64,000 bases of DNA from Eledone cirrhosa (lineage: Eukaryota), in assembly GCA_964016885.1 (NCBI GenBank), contig OZ024741.1, forward strand, positions 234,112,001 to 234,176,000, written 5' to 3'. Below are positions 39,801-53,655 of this stretch, one piece after another. The position numbers and the translations under genes are program-made. A model generated the notes under the pieces. That model was not told the DNA's origin, made no database searches, and saw nothing but the letters and a program-made list of their open reading frames with translations. How positions within the stretch are numbered: the stretch's first letter is position 1; the number at the start of each line of letters is the position of its first letter.

Positions 39801-42800
39801 CACCAGTAGGCAGTATAACCATCCAGTACCATAACTATACACCAGTAGGCAGTATAACCATCCAGCAGCATAAATATACACCAGTAGGCAGTATAACCAT
39901 CCAGTGCCTTAACTATACACCAGTAGGCAGTATAACCATCCAGTACCTTAACTATACACCAGTAGGCAGTATAACCATCCAGCACCATAACTATACACCA
40001 GTAGGCAGTATAACCATCCAGCACCTTAACTATACACCAGTAGGCAGTATAACCATCCAGTGCCTTAACTATACACCAGTAGGCAGTATAACCATCCAGC
40101 ACCATAACTATACACCAGTAGGCAGTATAACGATCCAGCACCTTAACTATACACCAGTAGGCAGTATAACCATCCAGCACCTTAACTATACACCAGTAGG
40201 CAGTATAACCATCCAGCACCTTAACTATACACCAGTAGCCAGTATAACCATCCATCACCTTAACTATACACCAGTAGGCTGTATAACCATCCAGCAACTT
40301 AACTATACACCAGTAGGCTGTATAACCATCCAGCACCTTAACTATACACCAGTAGGCTGTATAACCATCCAGCACCTTACCTATACACCAGTAGGCTGTA
40401 TAACCATCCAGCACCTTAACTATGCACCAGTAGGCAGTATAACCATCCAGCACCTTAACTATACACCAGTAGGCAGTATAACCATCCAGTGCCTTAACTA
40501 TACACCAGTAGGCAGTATAACCATCCAGCACCTTAACTACACACCAGTAGGCAGTATAACCATCCAGCACCTTAACTATACACCAGTAGACAGTATAACC
40601 ATCCAGCACCTTAACTATACACCAGTAGGCAGTATAACCATCCAGTACCATAACTATACACCAGTAGGCAGTATAACCATCCAGCACCTTAACTACACAC
40701 CAGTAGGCAGTATAACCATCCAGCACCTTAACTATACACCAGTAGACCGTATAACCATCCAGCACCTTAACTATACACCAGTAGGCAGTATAACCATCCA
40801 GTACCATAACTATACACCAGTAGGCAGTATAACCATCCAGTACCATAACTATACACCAGTAGGCAGTATAACCATCCAGCACCTTAACTACACACCAGTA
40901 GGCAGTATAACCATCCAGTGCCTTAACTATACACCAGTAGGCAGTATAACCATCCAGCACCTTAACTATACACCAGTAGGCAGTATAACCATCCAGTACC
41001 ATGACTATACACTAGTAGGCAGTATAACCATCCAGCACCTTAACTATACACCAGTAGGCAGTATAACCATCCAGCACCATAACTATACACCAGTAGGCAG
41101 TATAACCATCCAGTACCTTAACTATACACCAGTAGGCAGTATAACCATCCAGTACCATAACTATACACCAGTAGGCAGTATAACCATCCAGCAGCATAAA
41201 TATACACCAGTAGGCAGTATAACCATCCAGTGCCTTAACTATACACCAGTAGGCAGTATAACCATCCAGTACCTTAACTATACACCAGTAGGCAGTATAA
41301 CCATCCAGCACCATAACTATACACCAGTAGGCAGTATAACCATCCAGCACCTTAACTATACACCAGTAGGCAGTATAACCATCCAGTGCCTTAACTATAC
41401 ACCAGTAGGCAGTATAACCATCCAGCACCATAACTATACACCAGTAGGCAGTATAACCATCCAGCAGCTTAACTATACACCAGTAGGCAGTATAACCATC
41501 CAGCACCTTAACTATACACCAGTAGGCAGTATAACCATCCAGCACCTTAACTATACACCAGTAGCCAGTATAACCATCCATCACCTTAACTATACACCAG
41601 TAGGCTGTATAACCATCCAGCACCTTAACTATACACCAGTAGGCTGTATAACCATCCAGCACCTTAACTATACACCAGTAGGCAGTATAACCATCCAGCA
41701 CCTTAACTATACACCAGTAGGCTGTATAACCATCCAGCACCATAACTATACACCAGTAGGCTGTATAACCATCCAGTACCTTAACTATACACCAGTAGGC
41801 AGTATAACCATCCAGTACCATAACTATACACCAGTAGGCAGTATAACCATCCAGTGCCTTAACTACACACCAGTAGGCTGTATAACCATCCAGTGCCTTA
41901 ACTATACACCAGTAGGCAGTATAACCATCCAGCACCTTAACTATACACCAGTGTAGGCAGTATAACCATCCAGCACCTTAACTATACACCAGTAAACCTT
42001 ATAACCATCCAGCACCATAACTATACACCAGTAGGCAGTATAACCATCCAGCACCTTAACTATACACCAGTAGGCAGTATAACCATCCAGCACCTTAACT
42101 ATACACCAGTAGCCAGTATAACCATCCAGCACCTTAACTATACACCAGTAGGCAGTATAACCATCCAGTGCCTTAACTATACACCAGTAGACCTTATAAC
42201 CATCCAGCACCATAACTATACACCATTAGGCAGTATAACCATCCAGCACCTTAACTATACACCAGTAGGCAGTATAACCATCCAGTGCCTTAACTATACA
42301 CCAGTAGGCAGTATAACCATCCAGTGCCTTAACTATACACCAGTAGGCAGTATAACCATCCAGCACCATAACTATACACCAGTAGGCAGTATAACCATCC
42401 AGTACCTTAACTATACACCAGTAGGCAGTATAACCATCCAGCACCTTAACTATACACCAGTAGGCAGTATAACCATCCAGTACCTTAACTATACACCAGT
42501 AGGCAGTATAACCATCCAGCACCATAACTATACACCAGTAGGCAGTATAACCATCCAGTACCTTAACTATACACCAGTAGGCAGTATAACCATCCAGTAC
42601 CTTAACTATACACCAGTAGGCAGTATAACCATCCAGCACCTTAACTATACACCAGTAGGCAGTATAACCATCCAGCACCTTAACTATACACCAGTAGGCA
42701 CTATAACCAGCCAGCACCTTAACTATACACCAGTAGGCAGTATAACCATCCAGTGCCTTAACTATACACCAGTAGGCAGTATAACCATCCAGTGCCTTAA

Positions 42801-45800
42801 CTATACACAAGTAGGCAGTATAACCATCCAGCACCTTAACTATACACCAGTAGACAGTATAACCATCCAGCACCTTAACTATACACCAGTAGGCAGTATA
42901 ACCATCCAGTACCTTAACTATACACCAGTAGGCAGTATAACCATCCAGCACCTTAACTATACACCAGTAGGCAGTATAACCATCCAGTGCCTTAACTACA
43001 CACCAGTAGGCAGTATAACCATCCAGTGCCTTAACTATACACCAGTAGGCAGTATAACCATCCAGCACCTTAACTATACACCAGTAGGCAGTATAACCAT
43101 CCAGCACCTTAACTACACACCAGTAGGCAGTATAACCATCCAGTGCCTTAACTGCACACCAGTAGGCAGTATAACCATCCAGTGCCTTAACTATACACCA
43201 GTAGGCAGTATGACCATCCAGTGCCTTAACTATACACCAGTAGGCAGTATAACCATCCAGTGCCTTAACTATACACCAGTAGGCTGTATAACCATCCAGT
43301 GCCTTAACTATACACCAGTAGACCGTATAACCATCCAGCACCTTAACTATATACCAGTAGGCAGTATGACCATCCAGTGCCTTAACTATACACCAGTAGG
43401 CAGTATAACCATCCAGTGCCTTAACTATACACCAGTAGGCAGTATAACCATCCAGTGCCTTAACTATACACCAGTAGACCTTATAACCATCCAGTGCCTA
43501 ACTATACACCAGTAGGAAGTATAACCATCCAGTGCCTTAACTATACACCAGTAGGCTGTATAACCATCCAGTGCCTTAACTATACACCTGTAGGCTGTAT
43601 AACCATCCAGTACCTTAACTATACACCAGTAGGCAGTATAACCATCCAGCACCTTAACTATACAACAGTAGGCAGTATAACCATCCAGCACCATAACTAT
43701 ACACCAGTAGGCAGTATAACCATCCAGTACCTTAACTATACACCAGTAGGCAGTATAACCATCCAGTACCTTAACTATACACCAGTAGGCAGTATAACCA
43801 TCCAGCACCTTAACTATACACCAGTAGGCAGTATAACCATCCAGCACCTTAACTATACACCAGTAGGCAGTATAACCAGCCAGCACCTTAACTATACACC
43901 AGTAGGCAGTATAACCATCCAGTGCCTTAACTATACACCAGTAGGCAGTATAACCATCCAGTGCCTTAACTATACACAAGTAGGCAGTATAACCATCCAG
44001 CACCTTAACTATACACCAGTAGACAGTATAACTATCCAGCACCTTAACTATACACCAGTAGGCAGTATAACCATCCAGTACCTTAACTATACACCAGTAG
44101 GCAGTATAACCATCCAGCACCTTAACTATACACCAGTAGGCAGTATAACCATCCAGTGCCTTAACTACACACCAGTAGGCAGTATAACCATCCAGTGCCT
44201 TAACTATACACCAGTAGGCAGTATAACCATCCAGCACCTTAACTATACACCAGTAGGCAGTATAACCATCCAGCACCTTAACTACACACCAGTAGGCAGT
44301 ATAACCATCCAGTGCCTTAACTACACACCAGTAGGCAGTATAACCATCCAGTGCCTTAACTATACACCAGTAGGCAGTATGACCATCCAGTGCCTTAACT
44401 ATACAGCAGTAGGCAGTATAACCATCCAGTGCCTTAACTATACACCAGTAGGCTGTATAACCATCCAGTGCCTTAACTATACACCAGTAGACCGTATAAC
44501 CATCCAGCACCTTAACTATATACCAGTAGGCAGTATGACCATCCAGTGCCTTAACTATACACCAGTAGGCAGTATAACCATCCAGTGCCTTAACTATACA
44601 CCAGTAGGCAGTATAACCATCCAGTGCCTTAACTATACACCAGTAGACCTTATAACCATCCAGTGCCTAACTATACACCAGTAGGAAGTATAACCATCCA
44701 GTACCTTAACTATACACCAGTAGGCTGTATAACCATCCAGTGCCTTAACTATACACCTGTAGGCTGTATAACCATCCAGCACCATAACTATACACCAGTA
44801 GGCAGTATAACCATCCAGCACCATAACTATACACCAGTAGGCAGTATAACCATCCAGCACCATAACTATACACCAGTAGGCTGTATAACCATCCAGCACC
44901 ATAACTATACACCAGTAGGCAGTATAACCATCCAGCACCATAACCATACACCAGTAGGCAGTATAACCATCCAGCACCATAACTATACACCAGTAGGCAG
45001 TATAACCATCCAGTGCCTTAACTATACACCAGTAGGCAGTATAACCATCCAGCACCTTAACTATACACCAGTAGACCGTATAACCATCCAGTGCCTTAAC
45101 TATACACCAGTAGACCTTATAACCATCCAGTGCCTAACTATACACCAGTAGGAAGTATAACCATCCAGTGCCTTAACTATACACCAGTAGGCTGTATAAC
45201 CACCCAGTGCCTTAACTATACACCAGTAGGCAGTATAACCATCCAGCACCATAACTATACACCAGTAGGCTGTATAACCATCCAGTGCCTTAACTATACA
45301 CCAGTAGGCAGTATAACCATCCAGCACCTTAACTATACACCAGTAGGCAGTATAACCATCCAGCACCTTAACTATACACCAGTAGGCTGTATAACCACCC
45401 AGTGCCTTAACTATACACCAGTAGGCAGTATAACCATCCAGCACCATAACTATACACCAGTAGGCAGTATAACCATCCAGCACCATAACTATACACCAGT
45501 AGGCTGTATAACCACCCAGTGCCTTAACTATACACCAGTAGGCAGTATAACCATCCAGCACCATAACTATACACCAGTAGGCAGTATAACCATCCAGCAC
45601 CTTAACTATACACCAGTAGGCAGTATAACCATCCAGCACCATAACTATACACCAGTAGGCAGTATAACCATCCAGTACCTTAACTATACACCAGTAGGCA
45701 GTATAACCATCCAGCACCATAACTATACACCAGTAGGCAGTATAACCATCCAGCACCATAACTATACACCAGTAGGCTGTATAACCATCCAGTGCCTTAA

Positions 45801-45880
45801 CTATACACCAGTAGGCAGTATAACCATCCAGCACCATAACTATACACCAGTAGGCTGTATAACCATCCAGTGCCTTAACC
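36868..45880. repeat. 39-bp minisatellite array, ~9 kb (~230 units)
   Basis: Unit aactatacaccagtaggcagtataaccatccagcacctt; 13-aa periodicity; few indels (e.g. ~41952, ~43500, ~44668, ~45135). Confidence 0.98.
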
Positions 45881-45926
45881 TCATAACATTGGGCCCTTTT
45901 CATACAACATTTCTTCTCATTATTTT

Positions 45927-46140
45927 GGGTGGATTGGCAAAATTGGTAGAGCGTCGGAATACATGCTTAGTGGCATCTTTATGTTCTGAGTTCAAATCCC
46001 GTCAAGGTTAACTTTGCCTTTCATCCTTACGAGGTTGATAAAATAAAGTACCAGTAATTCACTGGTGCACTGGGGTTAATTTAATTGACTTTCCCTTTCC
46101 TCAAAAATTGTTGGCCTTGAGCCTAAATCAGAAACCATTA
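45927..46140 (+). mobile_element. tRNA-derived SINE (gcctttcatcc core family)
   Basis: A box tggcaaaattgg, B box gagttcaaatcc, core and tail present. Confidence 0.8.
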
Positions 46141-46287
46141 ATTTGACTGAATTTTCTAATTTTTACTACTTTGATTGCATTCCATCACTATAATTTACCA
46201 ATGTTAAATATCATTAAAATGTTTAAATATATCTATTAAATCCTTTAAAATATATTTATCTAATCCTTTAAAATATATTTATCTAAT

Positions 46288-46341
46288 CCTTTCTCTCTTT
46301 TTCTTCACATTTTTCAGGTTCATCTTATTTATTTTTCACAG
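46288..46341 (+). promoter_or_regulatory. Polypyrimidine tract and splice acceptor(s) for the ZNF coding exon
   Basis: cctttctctctttttcttcacatttttcAG|g (AG at 46316-17); alternative tttttcacAG at 46340-41. Confidence 0.65.
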
Positions 46342-46477
46342 ATTGAATTTAACAAGAGGAGATATTTGAACATTCAGAGCTGTCTCTTAGTTGTGGTATT
46401 TAAACTATTCTTCTGTGTGTGAGTGTGTGTGAGTAAATCTTAAATTATATTTGAAAAGCAGTTAATCTCCACCTAAG

Positions 46478-49234
46478 ATGGAGAGATCTGTTCCATTCCA
46501 CTATGACATGTATGGAATGCCTTTCCATCCGGCTCAGAGCCTTCATCCTCAACGACTGCCTCACATTCCTGAGAAGTCCATACACAACACTCTGGCCTCT
46601 GCCAGCAAACATTTCAGCCACAACAGTGATCATGCCCTCGACACCCAGCGTATGTTACAGAGCCATTCTGTTGAGAAATCACTGCACAATGACCTCGCTC
46701 GTTCACAGTATAGCCATGCTCATGTCTCGCACAGTAGTCACACGTCAAACCATGCCCAACAGCAACGAATGATGTCAATAGCTGAGAAATCTGTACATCA
46801 GCACAACAACGAACTGACAAGCAAACATCTTCATCATAGACAGAGTTCATCTCATTCTCATACCTCGTCCGCGTCTCATTCTTCTCACAGTTCACAAAGA
46901 ATGGCACTTGCAGCTGAGAAGTCTATCCTTAATAGTGTATCCAGTTCATCTGGCAAGCACTATTCCCATGAACATGTGCAGCCTTCACAGAGAATGTCGC
47001 ATGAAAAATCATCTCATAGTTCCAGTATCATGGGAAAACAGTTTTCTCATGGAAACTCTCTTGATACTCCAAGGATGTCACATGTTCCGGAGAAAAACAT
47101 CCACAACAGCATCTCTAGTAAACAGATCTCTTCTCATAGACATAACTTGGAGAAAGAGAGAATAGCATCACCAGTTGACAAACCAGACAACAGTAGCAAC
47201 AGTGACCTGTCTGGGACCCAGTTCTCACATGATTCAACTATAGATAGCCAGAGACTACCCTACATTGGTCAGACAGTGTTCCCTGGTAACAATATGTACA
47301 GCAGTCAATATTCTCAGCCATGTTACTTACCAACTACTGAGAGAATGCAGTCAAACTTGGAGAGTGGACAGTCATCTAAGGAGAGTTCATCACAGAAGAG
47401 CTCCACATCTAGTGTTGATAAATCATTCCATGGTGATGTGTCTCAAAAACAATATGGCCCGAACAAACTGCCGCAGAGTTCTATAAAACAACATCAACAG
47501 CAAGAAGATGAAGAAGAAGAAGATGATGAACAATCACATCCTCAACCTCTCAAGCAGCTGTTCTGCGATTACTGTGGCAAGAAGTTTGCTCAGGAATATT
47601 TGATGCACATGCACCGAAGGAAACACACAGGAGAGAAGCCGTTCCCATGTGACATCTGTCAAAGGCAATTTTCTCGCAGAGATGTCTTAAAAAGACATCG
47701 TAAAAACCACTTAGAAGAGCCTAAAAGTAGTAGTAGTAGTAGTTTCCCTACAATGTCATCACCCCCAATCCAAAGCCCGGAAGCTCAGTCTCCAAAATAC
47801 CAACCCCACCTTCAAATGCAAGTTTTATCTCAGAAAAGCAACTCAAGCTACCAAGGAGTATCGCCAGATATTCCAAGATTTGAAGATCTTCATAATGTCA
47901 CAGGTGGGAAGAAGTTTTACTTTTGTGACATTTGTCATAAACAGTTTGCCCAGCGCTACTACCTAGCCATACACAGAAGGTCTCACACTGGTGAGAAACC
48001 GTTTCAATGTGACTTCTGCATTCAGAGGTTTTCTAGAAAAGATACCTTAAAGATTCATCGTCGAACACACACAGGTGAGATGCCATTTCAGTGTGATGCT
48101 TGTCCTGAAAAGTTTTCACAGAGAATTAAACTGCAAATGCACAAGAAATCGCATATTAGCAAGAAGAAATACCAGTGTGACATATGTCACAAACAGTTTG
48201 CCCAGCGTTATTATCTGCGTACTCATATGACCATCCACACTGGAGAAAAGCGGAACCAGTGTGACATTTGTTTCAAGCAGTTTGCCCAAAGGTACTATTT
48301 ACAAATCCACAAAAGACTTCATACAGGAGAGAAACTCCTCCATTGTGATGTCTGTTCCAAGAAATTCACTCAGAAGCATTACCTGGTCATTCACAAAAGA
48401 ACCCACACTGGGGAAAAGCCATATCAGTGTGATTTTTGTATCCAGAAGTTTGCACGCAAAACTACACTTCAGATTCATCGACGAACTCACACTGGAGAGA
48501 AACCATTCCATTGTGAGCTTTGTCCTGAACAATTTTCTCAAAGTAACAAACTACGAGCCCATAAGAAACTTCATGAGAAGGTTTCTCAGAAACGAACCTA
48601 TGTTACCACCATCACCTCTATAAAAGGTGACACCACAAAGAAGCATTACCAATGTGATGTTTGTATGAAACTGTTTGCTCAGAGACATTATCTGCAGGTC
48701 CACAAAAGATCTCACACCGGAGAGAAACCGTTCCAATGTGAGATTTGTTTCAAACAGTTTGCACAGAGAAACACATTACAGATACACAAGAGAACACACA
48801 CAGGAGAGAAACCATTCCAGTGTGAAGTCTGTCTCAAGAACTTTGCCCACAAACATTACTTGCAATTGCATAAAAGAACCCACACTGGGGAGAAACCGTT
48901 TCAGTGTGACTTCTGCTTCAAGCAGTTTGCACAGAGGAATTCCTTGCATATCCACCGCAGAACACACACAGGTGAACGACCTTTCCAGTGTGACTTCTGT
49001 TTCAAAACATTTGCTCAGAAACACTACCTACGACTGCACAAGAGAACCCATACAGGTGAGAAGGCTTTCCACTGTGACTTGTGCCCTAAACATTTTGCTA
49101 GGAGCGACACTCTACATCGCCACAAGAAGACCCACAACAAGACTGCCAGTAAACCTCCAAAGACTTCTTCAAATTCCATCAACAAAGCAGTTGAAGAATT
49201 TCCTCCTATGAGTACTTATTTGTGGCAACTGTGA
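46478..49234 (+). CDS. C2H2 zinc-finger protein, 918 aa, 16 fingers in clusters of 2+8+6, Ser/His-rich N-terminus
   Basis: Uninterrupted ORF; CX2CX12HX3H repeats with TGEKP linkers; acidic run before finger 1; good start context aagATGg. Confidence 0.95.
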   Translation: [918 protein letters not shown]

Positions 49235-51946
49235 TCTGATGACAATTAAGGGCAAATAACAGCCATGATTGCACACCTGTGTTTCATAAATCCATATTAT
49301 TATAAGATCCTATATCTTTGATGTCTGTGTGTGTATGGTAAAACATTTATACATATATATATATATTTATTTATTTATATATATATATATTTCTGCATTG
49401 AATGTTCATTGGCATAATGACTAACAATAGATTAAAATAAATCTTTAAAACAAAAAAAAAAATGTAACCTGCCCTTGATGACCCTTGAAGTGAATAAAAA
49501 AACTGATGGCCAAGTATGTGCTGAACTGTATGTATATATAAATGTACACACACAGATCTGTGTGCATATACACATTGACCAGCAAAGATGATGAACAATG
49601 ACAAAACCAGCACTCAATGCTATGGACTGGAAGCTAACCAATATATTATTTAAGGTGCTAGCTGCTCTTTACCAACTGCGCTACTATTCTACACATGCAC
49701 ATACGCACACACACATGTTCATGTATATAGATATTTACACAAACATGTATTCCAAATATGAAATCATATAACAACAACAAAAAGAAACAAAAAGGTGCTT
49801 ATATAAATATTAACTTTTTTTGTGGTTTTGGTAGTGTAACAGTAGATTGGTGGTAAAAGTTGAGGAACCAAGTCCTATCCATCATCAGAAATGATAATTT
49901 CATTTAACATGCTAATGTAAACAACACAGTTAATGTCTCCTGCTCCCACACCCCCCAAACCTCAGTAATTTTACAGCAGCATCTCATGTCTGTCTGTCGG
50001 TCTGAAAATGAAATTAACATCATTGTGATTATTAAAGAGAGATAAGAACATCACATCTTTTCATTACTCCACTCCTATAACTCAGGCCTTCAATCTGTGC
50101 AGCAGTATGTATGTGTGTCTCTCACCATCATTATCAACATTATTTAATGTCTGTTTTTCTTGCTAATAAGAGTTGGACAGGTCTATACAGATTGAGTCAC
50201 TACTCCAGTGGAGCTCCTGACCTCTCAAATGAGCTGGATGCATGCATCTTACTTACATATGATCCTATGCTCTACTGATTGCATTTTATCATGGCACCAG
50301 CACTAGGGAGGTTATCATGTCTTTGACATAGTTAAAGAGTCTTCCTGACCCTTTGTTTTGGCAGGTTTTCTACGGCTGTATGCCTTTCTTATCTCCAACC
50401 ACTTTACAGAGTGTACTGGGTGTTTGCAAAATTTAGAAACCAGTTTCTGTGGCTAGCTAGTGTTAATTCATTTCTTTTGTAAATCATACCCTCACCTGCA
50501 TTCTATTTCTCATGGAAGAAATAAAATAAATCTCAGGTTTAAGCCCATATAAAAAGTAAACAAAATTATTATTATTATTATGGAAAAAAATGATGAGACT
50601 GGTAGAAAGCAGTAATGATAGATTAAATGTTTTATGTATTCACTCCTGACATAATATTTCATACCTCATGGTCGATAAAATAAGTAGAAATAACATATTG
50701 CTATCAATTCAGTTCACTTCTCTTGCACAAATATTTGTCTTGGTGCCTGCTAAGTGTGAAAACTACATTGTTATTGTTAAGGAAGGTGGCCAATTGTTTT
50801 GTTGTCAGTATTACTGCTACAAATCTGACAATGGATCCTTTCAGCTACACCCTTTGATGGGTTGGTTGTTAGTATTGCTGCTACAAACCTGACAGAATGG
50901 ATCTTTTCAGCTACACCTTGAAGTGATGGATTGGTTGGTTGTCAGTATTGCTGCTACAAACCTGACAGAATGGGGAAGAAAATGCCTTCAGTAATTAGTT
51001 ATAACTCTTGCAAACATAAGAGAAAAAAAAAAGAATGTAATAATAATGATATGTGGAGTACAGTAATATCCCATAAACTATTCAGTGGCCATCACTAAAA
51101 ATAATATCAATCCGTGAGAAGTTAATGAGAGACCCTCTACATAGTCATTTGACTTGCTAGCAATAAGAGCCAAGTCTCTCTCAAATCACAGCTTACTCTG
51201 TTTTTTAAAAAAAATTGGAGAATATAGTCGTGGATATATGCTATGTCAGAATCAAAAATGGGATGGTCATGACTGGAACAGATTTGATCATAGGTTGCTG
51301 GTTCAAGACTACACAGTAACAACAATAATGACACTAATATCAGATAATGTCATCTCAGATACACTATATCTGGGAAAAAGACTCCTTTCGACTTAGGATC
51401 TCCTGTTTTAGAACTGCTCTCCATGAGACATTTCTGTGTTATACAAAGAAGATTAAACAGGGGATGGGTGAAGAGTAGGAGCTTCTGATGTCTTTTAAAT
51501 ATAGCACTGTCTTTTCAGCTCAGCACTGTCAACCAATTAATGAACATACACAGACAAACTTGTATATATATTTTGCCACATGACCTTATATGGAACTAAA
51601 TTCACTGCCAAGAATTTTTTTTAAAATAAATTTTAAACGGAAAAAAGATCCAAACTCCCACCACCCTGTAAAAAAACCCTGTTATTGCTTATAAATTAGA
51701 AGGAGGGGTAAATGGCCAAAAGCAGGTGTGGGTGAAAGTCTCTGATTCCCTTGCTTTTCCTTTTACCATATACATTTGTAGATAAGTGGCAGCCACATCC
51801 AACTCATCTGGTCAACCTTGCTCTGGATTTGAAATATTCTTATAACACAGTCAAAATATTATAAATGTAAACATGGTGTGACTTATATATGAGTATATCA
51901 AAGGCCTTTATTAAGGGCTGCCTCTGCTACCATTACCATCACTATA

Positions 51947-51977
<31 letters not shown>

Positions 51978-52144
51978 GATGTGTGTATGTATCTCCTAAC
52001 TCAATGATGACTGCACCTCGCCATCAGCAGCACTGCTGCATTAAGGCTCAGGAAAATGTATTTTTCGCCACATTCTAATCCCTCCCTCTCATCATTGTCA
52101 CCATCACCATGACCACAACTCTGGGATATTTTTTGTTTATTTTT

Positions 52145-52181
<37 letters not shown>

Positions 52182-52391
52182 CTTTTTGCTCTATTTTGAC
52201 CCACACCTTTCCCCTCCTCCTGAACTTTACTTCATAATTACTACAACAACAACATTACATCAATGAAGAACAATCATAGACTTTTGGAGAAGGACTTTGT
52301 TATATACAAGTATACGTGTATATATGTATAAATATGTGTGTGTAGAGTATATATATGTATATATGTATACATTTCGTATATATATATATAT

Positions 52392-52437
52392 ACACATGTG
52401 TGTGTGTGTGCCTGAGTGTATATCTGTATATACACAC

Positions 52438-52499
<62 letters not shown>

Positions 52500-52539
52500 G
52501 TGTGTGTGTGTGCCTGAGTGTATATCTGTATATACACAC

Positions 52540-52589
<50 letters not shown>

Positions 52590-52634
52590 GTGTGTGTGTG
52601 TGCCTGAGTGTATATCTGTATATACACACATGTG

Positions 52635-52679
<45 letters not shown>

Positions 52680-52719
52680 GTGTGTGTGTGTGCCTGAGTG
52701 TATATCTGTATATACACAC

Positions 52720-52761
<42 letters not shown>

Positions 52762-52801
52762 GTGTGTGTGTGTGCCTGAGTGTATATCTGTATATACACA
52801 C

Positions 52802-52841
<40 letters not shown>

Positions 52842-52882
52842 GTGTGTGTGTGTGCCTGAGTGTATATCTGTATATACACACA
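52392..52882. repeat. Composite tandem repeat, 6 units with variable (TA)n spacers
   Basis: Constant part (tg)n-cctgagtgtatatctgtatatacacac. Confidence 0.92.
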
Positions 52883-53039
52883 CTCACAAATATACATTCT
52901 CGACATCAACAAGGAACTAATTTGGGCAGGGCTGCTAAAATGGATTTTTTTTTTCATCTCTTCTGTATATATATATATCTGCGTATGTATGTATGTTTCA
53001 TGTCTTTGGATGTGGCCTCGAGAAACGTGTGTGTGTGTG

Positions 53040-53415
53040 TGTGTGTATGTATATATAGATGTATATATATATATATATATAGATGTATATATAGATGTAT
53101 ATATATATATATATATATATGTATAGATGTATATATATATATAGATGTATATATATATGTATATATATGTATATAGATGTATATATATATGTATATATAT
53201 GTATATATATATGTATATAGATGTATATATATATGTATATATATATATATATAGATGTATATATATATGTATATGTATATATATATGTATATATAGATGT
53301 ATATATGTATATATATGTATATATATGTATATATAGATGTATATATGTATATATATGTATATATATATATATATAGATGTATATATATATGTATATATAT
53401 ATGTATATATATATG

Positions 53416-53473
<58 letters not shown>

Positions 53474-53545
53474 TGTATGATTATATATATATAGATGTAT
53501 GATTATATATATATATAGATGTATATGTATATATATATATAGATG

Positions 53546-53611
<66 letters not shown>

Positions 53612-53619
53612 TGTATATG

Positions 53620-53655
<36 letters not shown>

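Noticed and set aside
36731-41956. 1741-aa ORF (and antisense ORFs) as a real repeat protein or RT fusion
   Set aside because: The 39-bp unit is a multiple of 3 and lacks stops in one frame on each strand. The start is a dead RT fragment, and indels break the frame downstream.
36868-45880. CRISPR-like array
   Set aside because: No unique spacers, no cas genes, and a eukaryotic context; it is a plain minisatellite.
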